A stretch of 64,000 nt of DNA, taken from positions 557 to 64,556 of the forward strand of contig JAYTCO010000280.1 of NCBI GenBank assembly GCA_043736415.1, in the 5' to 3' direction. Under the pieces are notes generated by a model, which saw only the letters and a list, made by a program, of their open reading frames with translations, had not been told where the DNA came from and did not search any database. This document shows positions 29,624 through 37,980 of the stretch, in pieces. The position numbers and the translations under genes were made by a program. The first letter of the stretch is position 1. The number at the start of each line of letters is the position of its first letter. The stretch comes from Ferruginibacter sp. Lineage in GTDB: Bacteria > Bacteroidota > Bacteroidia > Chitinophagales > Chitinophagaceae.

Positions 29624-30439
29624 TTATCTTAATAAAAGCACAGGTACATGGCTGTGTAAAACCATTTGCTTGGTATGACTTCTGCTGATAATTTTTTCCC
29701 ACAGGGTGTGATGCTTTCGCATAACAATTAATAAATCAATATTATTTTTTTCTGCAAAATCGACTACACTTTTATCAATGTGTTCGCCCTCAACAAAATG
29801 GAATTCTACTTTGTGTGTTTCAAACATCTTATTAATTTTATTTGAAAATAAAATAAAATCTTCGTTAAACTCCTCTTCTTTTGCTGCATTTATAACATGA
29901 ATATTTGAATTAAAATCGTTTGCCAGCAATTTAATTTCAGCAATAAAATCTTCATCAATTTCATTTTTAAAATCATAAGCAATTCCAATGTTTTTAAAAG
30001 CTGAAAAACTTGCATTATACGGAACTGTTATAAGCGGCCATGTGCAGTTTTTTAATGCGTCGGCTGTATGTCCGCCAAACATAATTCGTTCAGCTGCTGT
30101 TTTACCCTGGCTACCCATTATTAAAAAGTATGGTTTTACGCTGTCACAAATTTCATTTAACTCATTTGCAAAAACACCCAACTTTACCTGCGTTAAAATA
30201 TTAAGTTTAGTAGCTGTACTTTTTAAAAGTTCATTTTTAAAAGTTTCTATATCATTTTCAGCAATAGCTTTTAAATCAACAATATTCATAACAATAATTG
30301 GATCTTCAAAGTTTGGCATTAATTGATATACATTAAAAAGTAAAACATCTGCATTTATGATCTGCGCCATTTTTAAGGCATACATTGATGCGTTTAACGC
30401 ATTTGAAGAAAAATCTGTTGCTACAATAATTGTTTTCAT
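29624..30439 (-). CDS. Tandem-domain universal stress protein (paralog of 33901..34719)
   Basis: 271 aa. MKTIIVATDFS..ALNA..YA.K.A and the C-terminal HTKQ.VLH.HVPV are shared with the 33901 gene. Confidence 0.8.
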   Translation of the reverse strand: MKTIIVATDFSSNALNASMYALKMAQIINADVLLFNVYQLMPNFEDPIIVMNIVDLKAIAENDIETFKNELLKSTATKLNILTQVKLGVFANELNEICDSVKPYFLIMGSQGKTAAERIMFGGHTADALKNCTWPLITVPYNASFSAFKNIGIAYDFKNEIDEDFIAEIKLLANDFNSNIHVINAAKEEEFNEDFILFSNKINKMFETHKVEFHFVEGEHIDKSVVDFAEKNNIDLLIVMRKHHTLWEKIISRSHTKQMVLHSHVPVLLLR

Positions 30440-30497
30440 TTACTTACTTTATTTAGTGAAGGTTTGAATACTGATTTTTTACCATCAGTCATTTCAG

Positions 30498-31220
30498 TTA
30501 TTTATAAATTTTTCTTTTCAATTGTATCATTTTCAATTTTAAGGTATCATATATCAAGCCGATAAATAATACCAAGGTTGCGAGGATTAAAACTTTCAAT
30601 TGTAATTTTTGATATAACAGGCCAGCTGAAATGCCTCCAATAAAAAAGAAAATAATAATTGTTAACCGCAATTTTATGGAGGCATATAATTTTATTCTTT
30701 GAAGTGCTTTTTTATAAAAGAAAAGTTGAGATAACTCGATGCCTAAATCTGTAAAAAGGCCTGTTAAATGCGTAGTACGTACTGTAGCATCAGATATTTT
30801 AGTGACCAAAGAATTTTGTAACCCCATTGCAAACAATAAAATACAAACAATAAAATTGGCATAGCTTTCAATTAAGTTTTTTCCTAAGCTGGCAACAAAC
30901 AAAAGCAACACTATTTCAATAACAATTGGAAGAATATAAGTTTTATTTTCATTTTTTAAAGCAACGTATTCCACCAGTAAACTTGAGATAAAAGCACCTA
31001 AAAAGAAAAATAAAATATATAAAAAGTAAACCAATCCTTTCCAAAAATGCACCTGAAACACCTCATCTACAAAATAAGCAAAATGCCCCGTAACATTTGT
31101 GGTAAGCTGTTTCACAGCTAAAAATCCGGCAACGTTTACTATTCCTGCTACAAAAGAAAGTAATGATGCAATTTGTAAATTGTGTTTTACCGTTCTTGTT
31201 TTTCCTTGATGCCTAAACAT
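30498..31220 (-). CDS. DUF1275 (YoaK) family membrane protein
   Basis: 240 aa, 6 TM, with VTGHF and TTHLTG motifs typical of YoaK/DUF1275. Confidence 0.65.
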   Translation of the reverse strand: MFRHQGKTRTVKHNLQIASLLSFVAGIVNVAGFLAVKQLTTNVTGHFAYFVDEVFQVHFWKGLVYFLYILFFFLGAFISSLLVEYVALKNENKTYILPIVIEIVLLLFVASLGKNLIESYANFIVCILLFAMGLQNSLVTKISDATVRTTHLTGLFTDLGIELSQLFFYKKALQRIKLYASIKLRLTIIIFFFIGGISAGLLYQKLQLKVLILATLVLFIGLIYDTLKLKMIQLKRKIYK

Positions 31221-31524
31221 CTTTTTGTATTTTATTTACCATAATTATAAAAGGTTTTAATAAAAAAATGAATTGTTTTAATACTGGTATTGTATTGTTT
31301 AGATCCATATTCATTTAATTAAACATTTTGTCATTTTCATTATTAATAATAAAATTTTTATAAAAAGAATTTTAAGCTTTTTGCAGTAAAACAACAAACA
31401 TTGATAGCATAAAAAAATTTGCAAGAAAGTTTGCAGTAAGTTGCCTCTACACATATTATTTTAGTGAATCCCTTATATAAAATAATAAGAAATTAAAGAT
31501 AGAATTCCGGTATACCCAAACCCC

Positions 31525-32616
31525 TTAACCTTCTTTCACGTTGTACTCAATACTTTTCAACGTAAATTTTCCGTAAACAAATTCACCCTCAGGATAATGC
31601 CAAACTGTTTCTCCATACTGCATAATATTGCGCCCATCAATTTGAGCATAATTTTTTACAGGAGTAGAAAAACCATATTCCTTCATTTCGTTAACAGCAT
31701 ATCTGTCATCAGAAATAAAATTTATCAGTTGCCCCTGCTCATTAAAATATAGAATTGCGTTTATTTTATTTACGCCATTTGTAAAAGTCGCCTTGGCAGA
31801 TAAACTATCAATCGCTGTCCATAGAATTCTTTTGTCAATTAACGAAGCGGGTGCCATAAGGCACATATCGTTAAATACTGTTACAGTTTCGGCTTTATTT
31901 AATTCCGTACCTTTTATGCTTACTACATTAAATAAGCCCAACGGTTTTATTTGCATGGTTGCCCTTTCATTTTGGTAACAGTGATAACCCGGTACAGGAA
32001 CACCATAAATCTTTGCTTTCATAAAAAACAATCTGGTTGGGTCATCAAAAAAATTATACTGTACAGAAGTAAATTTGAAAAAATCCTTTCCCTTTTCCCT
32101 CATTTCGCCGTCAAAAATAATTCTCATATTTTTTACTTTCGGTTTATTAACTGCTCCTGAATAACGAATATATTTTTGAACCGGAAATGGCAGAGAAACA
32201 ATATCTGCATCTATCAATAAATCATTGGTTACAAAATTTGTTTCGGCCATATGGTTATCAATATCTTTCTTAAAGTTCATTTCAAAGTGAAAGGTTGCCC
32301 AAGAAGAAATGGTAACAACAAGAATAATAATATTTAAAACAGTTCCAAATTTTGCATCATGCCAAACCGAAATAATTAGTACCTGAGATATTACAACTGC
32401 AGCAAAGGCAACATATACCCAACCTTCTTTTTTCAATAAACATAGTATAGCTGCTGTTACAAAAAGAAGAGCTGTAAGCAGCCAAAAAATGCCATTTGGT
32501 TTAGAAATATCTTTTGTTAGCTGAGGAATATTTGCATAATTAAATGCTTTTGCAAAACCCATTGTATGGAGTAGTCCATGAGCAAACAAAATGATGGGTA
32601 GAAGGTATTTAAGCAT
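31525..32616 (-). CDS. Membrane-anchored uncharacterised protein (4 N-terminal TM + ~250-aa soluble domain)
   Basis: 363 aa. The start overlaps the Acg-like gene stop by 8 nt, suggesting translational coupling. I cannot assign a family with confidence. Confidence 0.5.
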   Translation of the reverse strand: MLKYLLPIILFAHGLLHTMGFAKAFNYANIPQLTKDISKPNGIFWLLTALLFVTAAILCLLKKEGWVYVAFAAVVISQVLIISVWHDAKFGTVLNIIILVVTISSWATFHFEMNFKKDIDNHMAETNFVTNDLLIDADIVSLPFPVQKYIRYSGAVNKPKVKNMRIIFDGEMREKGKDFFKFTSVQYNFFDDPTRLFFMKAKIYGVPVPGYHCYQNERATMQIKPLGLFNVVSIKGTELNKAETVTVFNDMCLMAPASLIDKRILWTAIDSLSAKATFTNGVNKINAILYFNEQGQLINFISDDRYAVNEMKEYGFSTPVKNYAQIDGRNIMQYGETVWHYPEGEFVYGKFTLKSIEYNVKEG

Positions 32617-33736
32617 AATTCTTTTTTACAAATGACTCTATCGAACGCCTTAATGACACAGGATTTGGGTAATTTTTTAAATACCCTGTTCGTAAAATAA
32701 ACTGCACAGGATCGTTAATCCCCATAGAGGTATTTAAAATTTGATTTGTTTTTGCTTCTTCAATTATCTGCGTCATTGGGTGAATGGCAATATTTCTCCC
32801 TCTTACTTTTAACCATAGCCTTTGCAATCTTTTACCGGTTTCTAATAATGTTTCTAACGAATTATCTTTGCTTGTTATAAGTAACCATCCTGCTGATGCA
32901 TTCGAAACTTCCTTCACCACTTTATCAATACTTTGCTCCCTAAAACTTTTTTTCATCACATCGCTTTTGCCATAAAAATTTCGCAAATACCAGCCAGGTA
33001 TACCTTCTATTTCCATACCTGCAAGTGTGAGCCCGTCTAAATATTTGGCTGCATCTTTATCGGAGAATCTTATCCAATCTGCTAATTCGCTTTGTGCTGC
33101 ATCTCTGTACGATTGAATCCTGTTGGCTTCAATGGTTTGTTCATTTAGCCATACATGTTCTTTTGAGCTATTAGGAATGTAATGAATGAAATCATTTTCA
33201 TCGTTAAGTAAATATGAAATGTCTTCTCTTTTAAGTATATCGCTTAAATAATTTGAACGAACAGTGCGACGTTGCTTTATTTGTTCAATATCATATTTGA
33301 TAATCCTTGTTGCTTTAGTAAGTTTTAGGTCAACTACATTTTCATTTTGATTATTTGTGGCTAAAATATTATACTGATAATTGTAACCAAAGCTTTTTGC
33401 AGCGTATTCTAAATTTTGTAAAAAAGCTCCGATAGATAAAATGGTTTCTCGTTGTGTAGGGTCAACACCGGGTAACCAGCGGCTTTTATCATTGCAAATA
33501 ATCCAATGGTATGGCTCCAAATATTTTACAAACCATGGTTGTGTGTTGTGCCCGCTTGGCGCAAGGGAAGCAAGTGCCAATATATCTCTTTCATGCGGCT
33601 TAAAAGGAAATTCAATTGTAAAATCTTGTTTTATATCTGCTCTTACCAAATTATTTTTATCGCTAAAGCCATAGTAAGTTGCGCCGCCAATAACGATAGC
33701 AGATCCTGTAAAAGCTAAAAATTTTCGCCTCGTCAT
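32609..33736 (-). CDS. Acg-type (tandem) nitroreductase-family FMN protein with twin-arginine signal
   Basis: Start set at MTRRKFLAFTGSAIVIGGATYYG, a Tat-like RRxFL motif. APSGHNTQPW is a nitroreductase motif, and the ~375-aa size fits Acg-family proteins. The longer listed start (33868) would add an AT-rich low-complexity leader that covers the promoter box. Confidence 0.7.
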   Translation of the reverse strand: MTRRKFLAFTGSAIVIGGATYYGFSDKNNLVRADIKQDFTIEFPFKPHERDILALASLAPSGHNTQPWFVKYLEPYHWIICNDKSRWLPGVDPTQRETILSIGAFLQNLEYAAKSFGYNYQYNILATNNQNENVVDLKLTKATRIIKYDIEQIKQRRTVRSNYLSDILKREDISYLLNDENDFIHYIPNSSKEHVWLNEQTIEANRIQSYRDAAQSELADWIRFSDKDAAKYLDGLTLAGMEIEGIPGWYLRNFYGKSDVMKKSFREQSIDKVVKEVSNASAGWLLITSKDNSLETLLETGKRLQRLWLKVRGRNIAIHPMTQIIEEAKTNQILNTSMGINDPVQFILRTGYLKNYPNPVSLRRSIESFVKKNYA

Positions 33737-33807
33737 AATATTTCTAAAATTTATTAATGGAATTATTAATAAAGTATAAAAATATTCAAACAGATTGTTT
33801 ATTAAAA

Positions 33808-33819
33808 TGATCAAAATCA
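33808..33819. promoter_or_regulatory. FNR/FixK-like box aTGATcaaaATCAg upstream of the Acg-like gene
   Basis: Perfect TGAT-N4-ATCA. Its centre lies about 78 bp upstream of ATG 33736. Confidence 0.45.
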
Positions 33820-33900
33820 GTAAGCAGTATGACAGCTGTCTACCTACTTTAAAAAAGTAAACAAACAAGTTATTATCCTTGCACTTCTAAAGTGACGCAG

Positions 33901-34719
33901 TTATTTAGTTAATGACATTACAGGAACATGGCAATGAAGTACCAGTTGTTTGGTGTGACTTTTATGAAATAGTCTTTGAAACATATTGTAATGTTTAGGC
34001 ATTACAATTAGCAGGTCTACATTGTTGGATTCCACAAACTTTAAAATAGCTTCTTCAGTTTGATGTGAAGTTAAAAAATGATATTTTATTATAAAAGGAG
34101 TAAAGGCATTTTCAAGCTCGCTCGCTAATAATGTAAAATGCTCATTAAATTCCTCTTCCTGTACTGCATTTAAAATATCGATAGAGGCATTAAAATCCCC
34201 GGCAATTAATTTTATATCGGCAATTAAATTTTCTTTTATTACTTCCTCAAAATCGTATGCAATACCTATTTTTTTAATGGCTGAAAAAGTAAACGTAGAT
34301 GGTACTGTAATTATCGGCCATGCAAAATGATTAATGGTTTTACCTGCATGAGAGCCCATTAAAAAATGTTCAGCAGCGGTTTTACCCTGGCTGCCCATTA
34401 TTACTGCATAGGGATTTAATCGTTCGCATATTAAAATCAACTCATCATTAAAAACGCCTAATCTTACTTCGGTCGTAATATTAAAACTAAAATTGGATTG
34501 CTGAACAAGATCAGATTTAAAATGTAATAACTGTGTTTCAGCAGATTTTTTTAAATCATCTACATTAATATCAATTATAATTTCTCCGTAATTAGGCAGA
34601 ACCTCAAAAACGTTAAAAAGTAAAATATCAGCACCTACAGTTTCAGCTATTTTTACAGCATATTTGGCAGCATTTAAAGCAATAGGCGAAAAGTCGGTTG
34701 CCACTATAATGGTTTTCAT
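33901..34719 (-). CDS. Tandem-domain universal stress protein
   Basis: 272 aa, a clear paralog of 29624..30439. Confidence 0.8.
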   Translation of the reverse strand: MKTIIVATDFSPIALNAAKYAVKIAETVGADILLFNVFEVLPNYGEIIIDINVDDLKKSAETQLLHFKSDLVQQSNFSFNITTEVRLGVFNDELILICERLNPYAVIMGSQGKTAAEHFLMGSHAGKTINHFAWPIITVPSTFTFSAIKKIGIAYDFEEVIKENLIADIKLIAGDFNASIDILNAVQEEEFNEHFTLLASELENAFTPFIIKYHFLTSHQTEEAILKFVESNNVDLLIVMPKHYNMFQRLFHKSHTKQLVLHCHVPVMSLTK

Positions 34720-34794
34720 CTTTTCAATATTTAAAATTTAAAATTGAGCTTTTGACAGGAAATAAAATTACTCATAATAACCGGCTTTAAAAGC

Positions 34795-34806
34795 TGATAA
34801 TAATCA
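34795..34806. promoter_or_regulatory. FNR/FixK-like box cTGATaataATCAa upstream of the USP gene
   Basis: Perfect TGAT-N4-ATCA. Its centre lies about 82 bp upstream of ATG 34719. Confidence 0.45.
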
Positions 34807-34857
34807 ATAATAACAACGACAAAGCTGATAGTATTAAAGGACTATTAATTTGCCATC

Positions 34858-35415
34858 TTACAAATCTGAAGTATCTGCTTTTACGCACCACAATAATTCT
34901 TTAATAAAACCGGCCGCTAATTTATCCGTTGCTTCTTTGTTAACAGCATTGCCGGTTTCGTCATAATTGTCCTGCACTTTTGCTACAGAAAACATTTCTG
35001 TAATAGTCCATGCCTTTATTTTCCAAAGAGTAAACTGCAAAGAAATAAGACACTGTGAGCCTGCAAAAGGTCCTGCAGAAACGGTTGCAATAGCTATTGG
35101 TTTATGCCGCCACTCTTCCAATAAAAGATCAATTGCATTTTTTAAACTTGCGGGATAACCACCATTATATTCTGGCGTTACAATTATAATTCCTTCACTG
35201 TCTTTTATTTTTTCTGCAAACTCCAGCGTTTTAAGCAATGGCGAAGCTTGAAATTGTAACCGTTCTTCAAAAATGGGGAAATTATATTCCATTAAATCAA
35301 GCATTTGGGTTTCTGCAAGATTATTGTCTTTAAGATATTTTTCAAAATACAAAGCAACACGATGGCTGTTGCGCCCTGTTCTTACACTGGCTGAAATAAT
35401 TGAAATACGTGGCAT
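34858..35415 (-). CDS. NAD(P)H-dependent FMN reductase family protein
   Basis: 185 aa. ISIISASVRTGRNSHRVA and IIVTPEYNGGYP are typical FMN_red motifs. Confidence 0.75.
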   Translation of the reverse strand: MPRISIISASVRTGRNSHRVALYFEKYLKDNNLAETQMLDLMEYNFPIFEERLQFQASPLLKTLEFAEKIKDSEGIIIVTPEYNGGYPASLKNAIDLLLEEWRHKPIAIATVSAGPFAGSQCLISLQFTLWKIKAWTITEMFSVAKVQDNYDETGNAVNKEATDKLAAGFIKELLWCVKADTSDL

Positions 35416-35568
35416 AATAAATTACTTAAAGGTTTATGGTTAAAAAGAAAATACTTTTTATTGCTGACTAAAAAGTAAAAGCAACATCACACACAAGCAA
35501 ATATTTGTCCAGTTATAAAAAGAATATTACAACCTTACCTTTAAAAGGTTCAAATGAATTTTTTTATT

Positions 35569-37737
35569 TTACAGTTTAATTTTAAAGCCACCGTTAAAAA
35601 TAAAACCTTCCGTTGGTGTGTAAACTTCCTTAAAAGAAGGATTTTGAATTGTGCCCGTATATAAATTATCCCAGCGTGACTGGCGGGTGTCTGTAAAGTT
35701 TTCAAAATTTATAAATAGACTGAAATGTTTGAATTTATATTCGCTTGAAAGCCCTGTAACCCAATAATCCCGTACCTTTTCGTTGTTTGATAAATACTGT
35801 GCGCCAACATAATAAAGTTCGTAACCTATGCGCAGCTTTTCGTTTAGCTCATACATTAAATCTATATTAAGGTGATGCTTTGCAGAAAGTGGGTTGGCTG
35901 TAGAACTCTTGTTGAAATTTCTTCTTACATCGGTAAAAGTGTAACCTACATACAAAGAAATATCTTCCATTCTAAATTTTAAAGCTGTTTCAAAACCTTT
36001 GGTATCAATATTTCCCTGAGCGTTTTTAAAAGCAAAATCATTGGTTGCTGGAACGGGTTGAAGTACGAGCGGATCTTTAATAACAGTATAAAAAAACAAC
36101 TGATTAATGGAAAAGTTTATATCCTCAAAAATGACTGTTTTGTAATTTAAATCGCCATTTAAACCATAAGATTTTTCGGCTTTAATACTTTCAAAATTCA
36201 GCGGAATTATATTTTGAAAAGCTTTTTCTTCTGCATCTTCTGAAAAGATATTTGGCGTTTTATAACCTAAGCCACCACCAATTCTTGAGGTAAGGTTATC
36301 TGTTATTTTATAAAGCAAAGATAAACGCGGCAATACAAAAGCGCTGTTTCTATTGGTAACATCCAATCGCACTCCACTTTCAGCAATAAATTTACTTGAA
36401 ACTTTTAAATTATTTTGTAAAAATAAACCGGCTGCAGTATTGTTATAATTTAATTTTGCAGCCGTAATATTTGTCTGTTTAAAATTATCTGAAATATAAT
36501 TTGCCCCTATATTCCATTCAGATTTTTCGTGGGGAATCAGCAGGTTTATTTCGCTGAATGTTGCTGTCTGTTTACCATCAAAATTGTAGGTTTTTCTTTC
36601 AATTTTTCGGTTAAAAAAAGCGACGCTGTTTTTAATGGTAAGAATATTTTTATTTAGAAATCTTTTTTCAAAAGATGCCTGTGTACTAAAACGGTCGCTG
36701 TTGTTGCTTTCATAAAATGTATGTACAGCATCTGCTTTATTATTTATAGCAAGCATATCGCCGCCTATGCGTTTTTCAAAACCTGCATTTACGCCGATGC
36801 TTAGGGTGGTTTTGTCATTAGGGTAATAATAAAATTTTGGGTTGAAGGAATAACGGGTATATTTTGGAATGTCGGAGAAGCCATCTTTGTTGGCATCGTA
36901 AGCTTTTTGTGCATTGCTGGATACAAAAAATGTTAATCCTGTTTTCTTATATTTTTCACCATAAAATGCGCTTAAATCCAAGGCATTGGTTTGATTGACA
37001 TTTGCCAGAAAAGAAATTTCTCTTTCTGCCGTAGGCACTTTTGTTATAAGATTGATAAGCCCCGCAATGGCGCCGCCCCCATACAATGTGGAGGTTGCAC
37101 CTTTTATAACTTCTACTCTTTTTAAATTTAATGGTGGTATTTGTAAAACACTTAACCCACTAGCAAACCCGGAATACAATGGAAACCCATCCTGTAAAAG
37201 CTGTGTGTATTTTCCTTCTAACCCTTGAATGCGAATGCTTGAACCGCCTGAAACCTGCGATGTTTGCTGTGTTTGCACGCCTGCAATTTCTGATACAAGC
37301 ATTTTAATATTGCCTGGCTGCATTACCGATTTTTCATCAAGATCGGCCGCAGGTATTCCTTCTATACGTGTTGGAATATCCTTAATATTTCGGCTGCTTC
37401 TGGTGGAGCTGACTACTTTTATTTCTTCAAGATCTTCTGCTGATTCATCCATCAAAATATTTACAGTTTCATTTTGCGGGAAGGTTATTTTTATTTCTTT
37501 TTCGGTGTAGCCGATGCCGGTAACAACAATTGTTTGTTTGCCATCTGCAATATTTGTTAGCTGTACAAACCCTGTACTGTCGCTGATGCTGCTGTTTAAA
37601 GTACCTTTTATTTTTACAGAAAGGCCAGCTAAAACTTCGCCGCTTTTTTCATTTTTTAAAATAGCCTTAAAAGTATTTTGGGAAAAAACATGGGTTGAAG
37701 AAATTAAAATAAAAAGTAAAACAAGTATTTTTTGCAT
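35569..37737 (-). CDS. TonB-dependent receptor with N-terminal CarboxypepD_reg domain
   Basis: 722 aa with a signal peptide, a carboxypeptidase-regulatory-like domain, a plug (VEVIKGATSTLYGGGAIAGLINLITK) and a beta-barrel. Confidence 0.85.
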   Translation of the reverse strand: MQKILVLLFILISSTHVFSQNTFKAILKNEKSGEVLAGLSVKIKGTLNSSISDSTGFVQLTNIADGKQTIVVTGIGYTEKEIKITFPQNETVNILMDESAEDLEEIKVVSSTRSSRNIKDIPTRIEGIPAADLDEKSVMQPGNIKMLVSEIAGVQTQQTSQVSGGSSIRIQGLEGKYTQLLQDGFPLYSGFASGLSVLQIPPLNLKRVEVIKGATSTLYGGGAIAGLINLITKVPTAEREISFLANVNQTNALDLSAFYGEKYKKTGLTFFVSSNAQKAYDANKDGFSDIPKYTRYSFNPKFYYYPNDKTTLSIGVNAGFEKRIGGDMLAINNKADAVHTFYESNNSDRFSTQASFEKRFLNKNILTIKNSVAFFNRKIERKTYNFDGKQTATFSEINLLIPHEKSEWNIGANYISDNFKQTNITAAKLNYNNTAAGLFLQNNLKVSSKFIAESGVRLDVTNRNSAFVLPRLSLLYKITDNLTSRIGGGLGYKTPNIFSEDAEEKAFQNIIPLNFESIKAEKSYGLNGDLNYKTVIFEDINFSINQLFFYTVIKDPLVLQPVPATNDFAFKNAQGNIDTKGFETALKFRMEDISLYVGYTFTDVRRNFNKSSTANPLSAKHHLNIDLMYELNEKLRIGYELYYVGAQYLSNNEKVRDYWVTGLSSEYKFKHFSLFINFENFTDTRQSRWDNLYTGTIQNPSFKEVYTPTEGFIFNGGFKIKL

Positions 37738-37839
37738 ACGCCGTATCTGGTTAATTAAGCGGCGAAATTAAGCACTAATATAACTGAAGCATCCCCGTTT
37801 ATAAAATATGTTGAAAATGCTGAGGATAGATTTAATGAA

Positions 37840-37960
37840 GAGCATAGCCGGGATGGAAGCGGCACCGTAACCCGTGTTAGCAAACAAAGTGAGGAACGAA
37901 CTGTAGTTTTGCGTTACACGGGTGCAGGTACAGCGTACAGCCCGATACTGAAGTTGAAGC
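37840..37960 (-). ncRNA. Candidate structured RNA / cis-regulatory leader of unknown class upstream of the TonB-dependent receptor
   Basis: A ~120-nt island is clearly GC-richer than its AT-rich surroundings. The helices I can draw are an outer stem (cagtatcggg / cccggctatg), gtac-gct-gtac, and acccgtgt / acacgggt. The strand is assigned only from the neighbouring genes. Confidence 0.3.
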
Positions 37961-37980
37961 AAGTTTTAAAGCTCCTGCTG

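Noticed and set aside
30470-30489. actgat-N8-atcagt between the DUF1275 and USP genes (TGAT-N8-ATCA).
   Set aside because: The spacing does not fit the N4 box. It is more likely a small intercistronic hairpin.
31380-31439. Direct repeats TTTGCAGTAA (31380 and 31430) and TTTGCAAG (31418) in the 300-bp AT-rich gap upstream of the DUF1275 gene. Also TGATAGCATAA, shared between 31400 and 16122.
   Set aside because: These are short, in very AT-rich DNA, on the non-coding orientation for a Bacteroidota -7 TAnnTTTG element, and without partner half-sites. They cannot be distinguished from chance without genome-wide counts.
37768-37962. 64-aa ORF in the gap upstream of the TonB-dependent receptor.
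   Set aside because: It coincides with the GC-rich, helix-forming segment, has no protein-like features, and lacks a plausible start context. It is better explained as a structured RNA region.
37738-37980. Attempt to classify the structured element as a cobalamin, TPP, SAM-I, FMN, c-di-GMP-I, fluoride or NiCo riboswitch, or as SRP/RNase P RNA.
   Set aside because: Only short partial resemblances were found (for example GGUGCCGCUUCC vs SAM-I GGUGCCAAUUCC, ACGCAAAAC vs GEMM ACGCAAAGC, AGCCGGGAUGGAAG vs the FMN 3' end). Neither strand has a B12 box, a CUGAGA/ACCUGAUCUGG pair or other full core motifs in the correct order. No class can be supported without a covariance-model scan.
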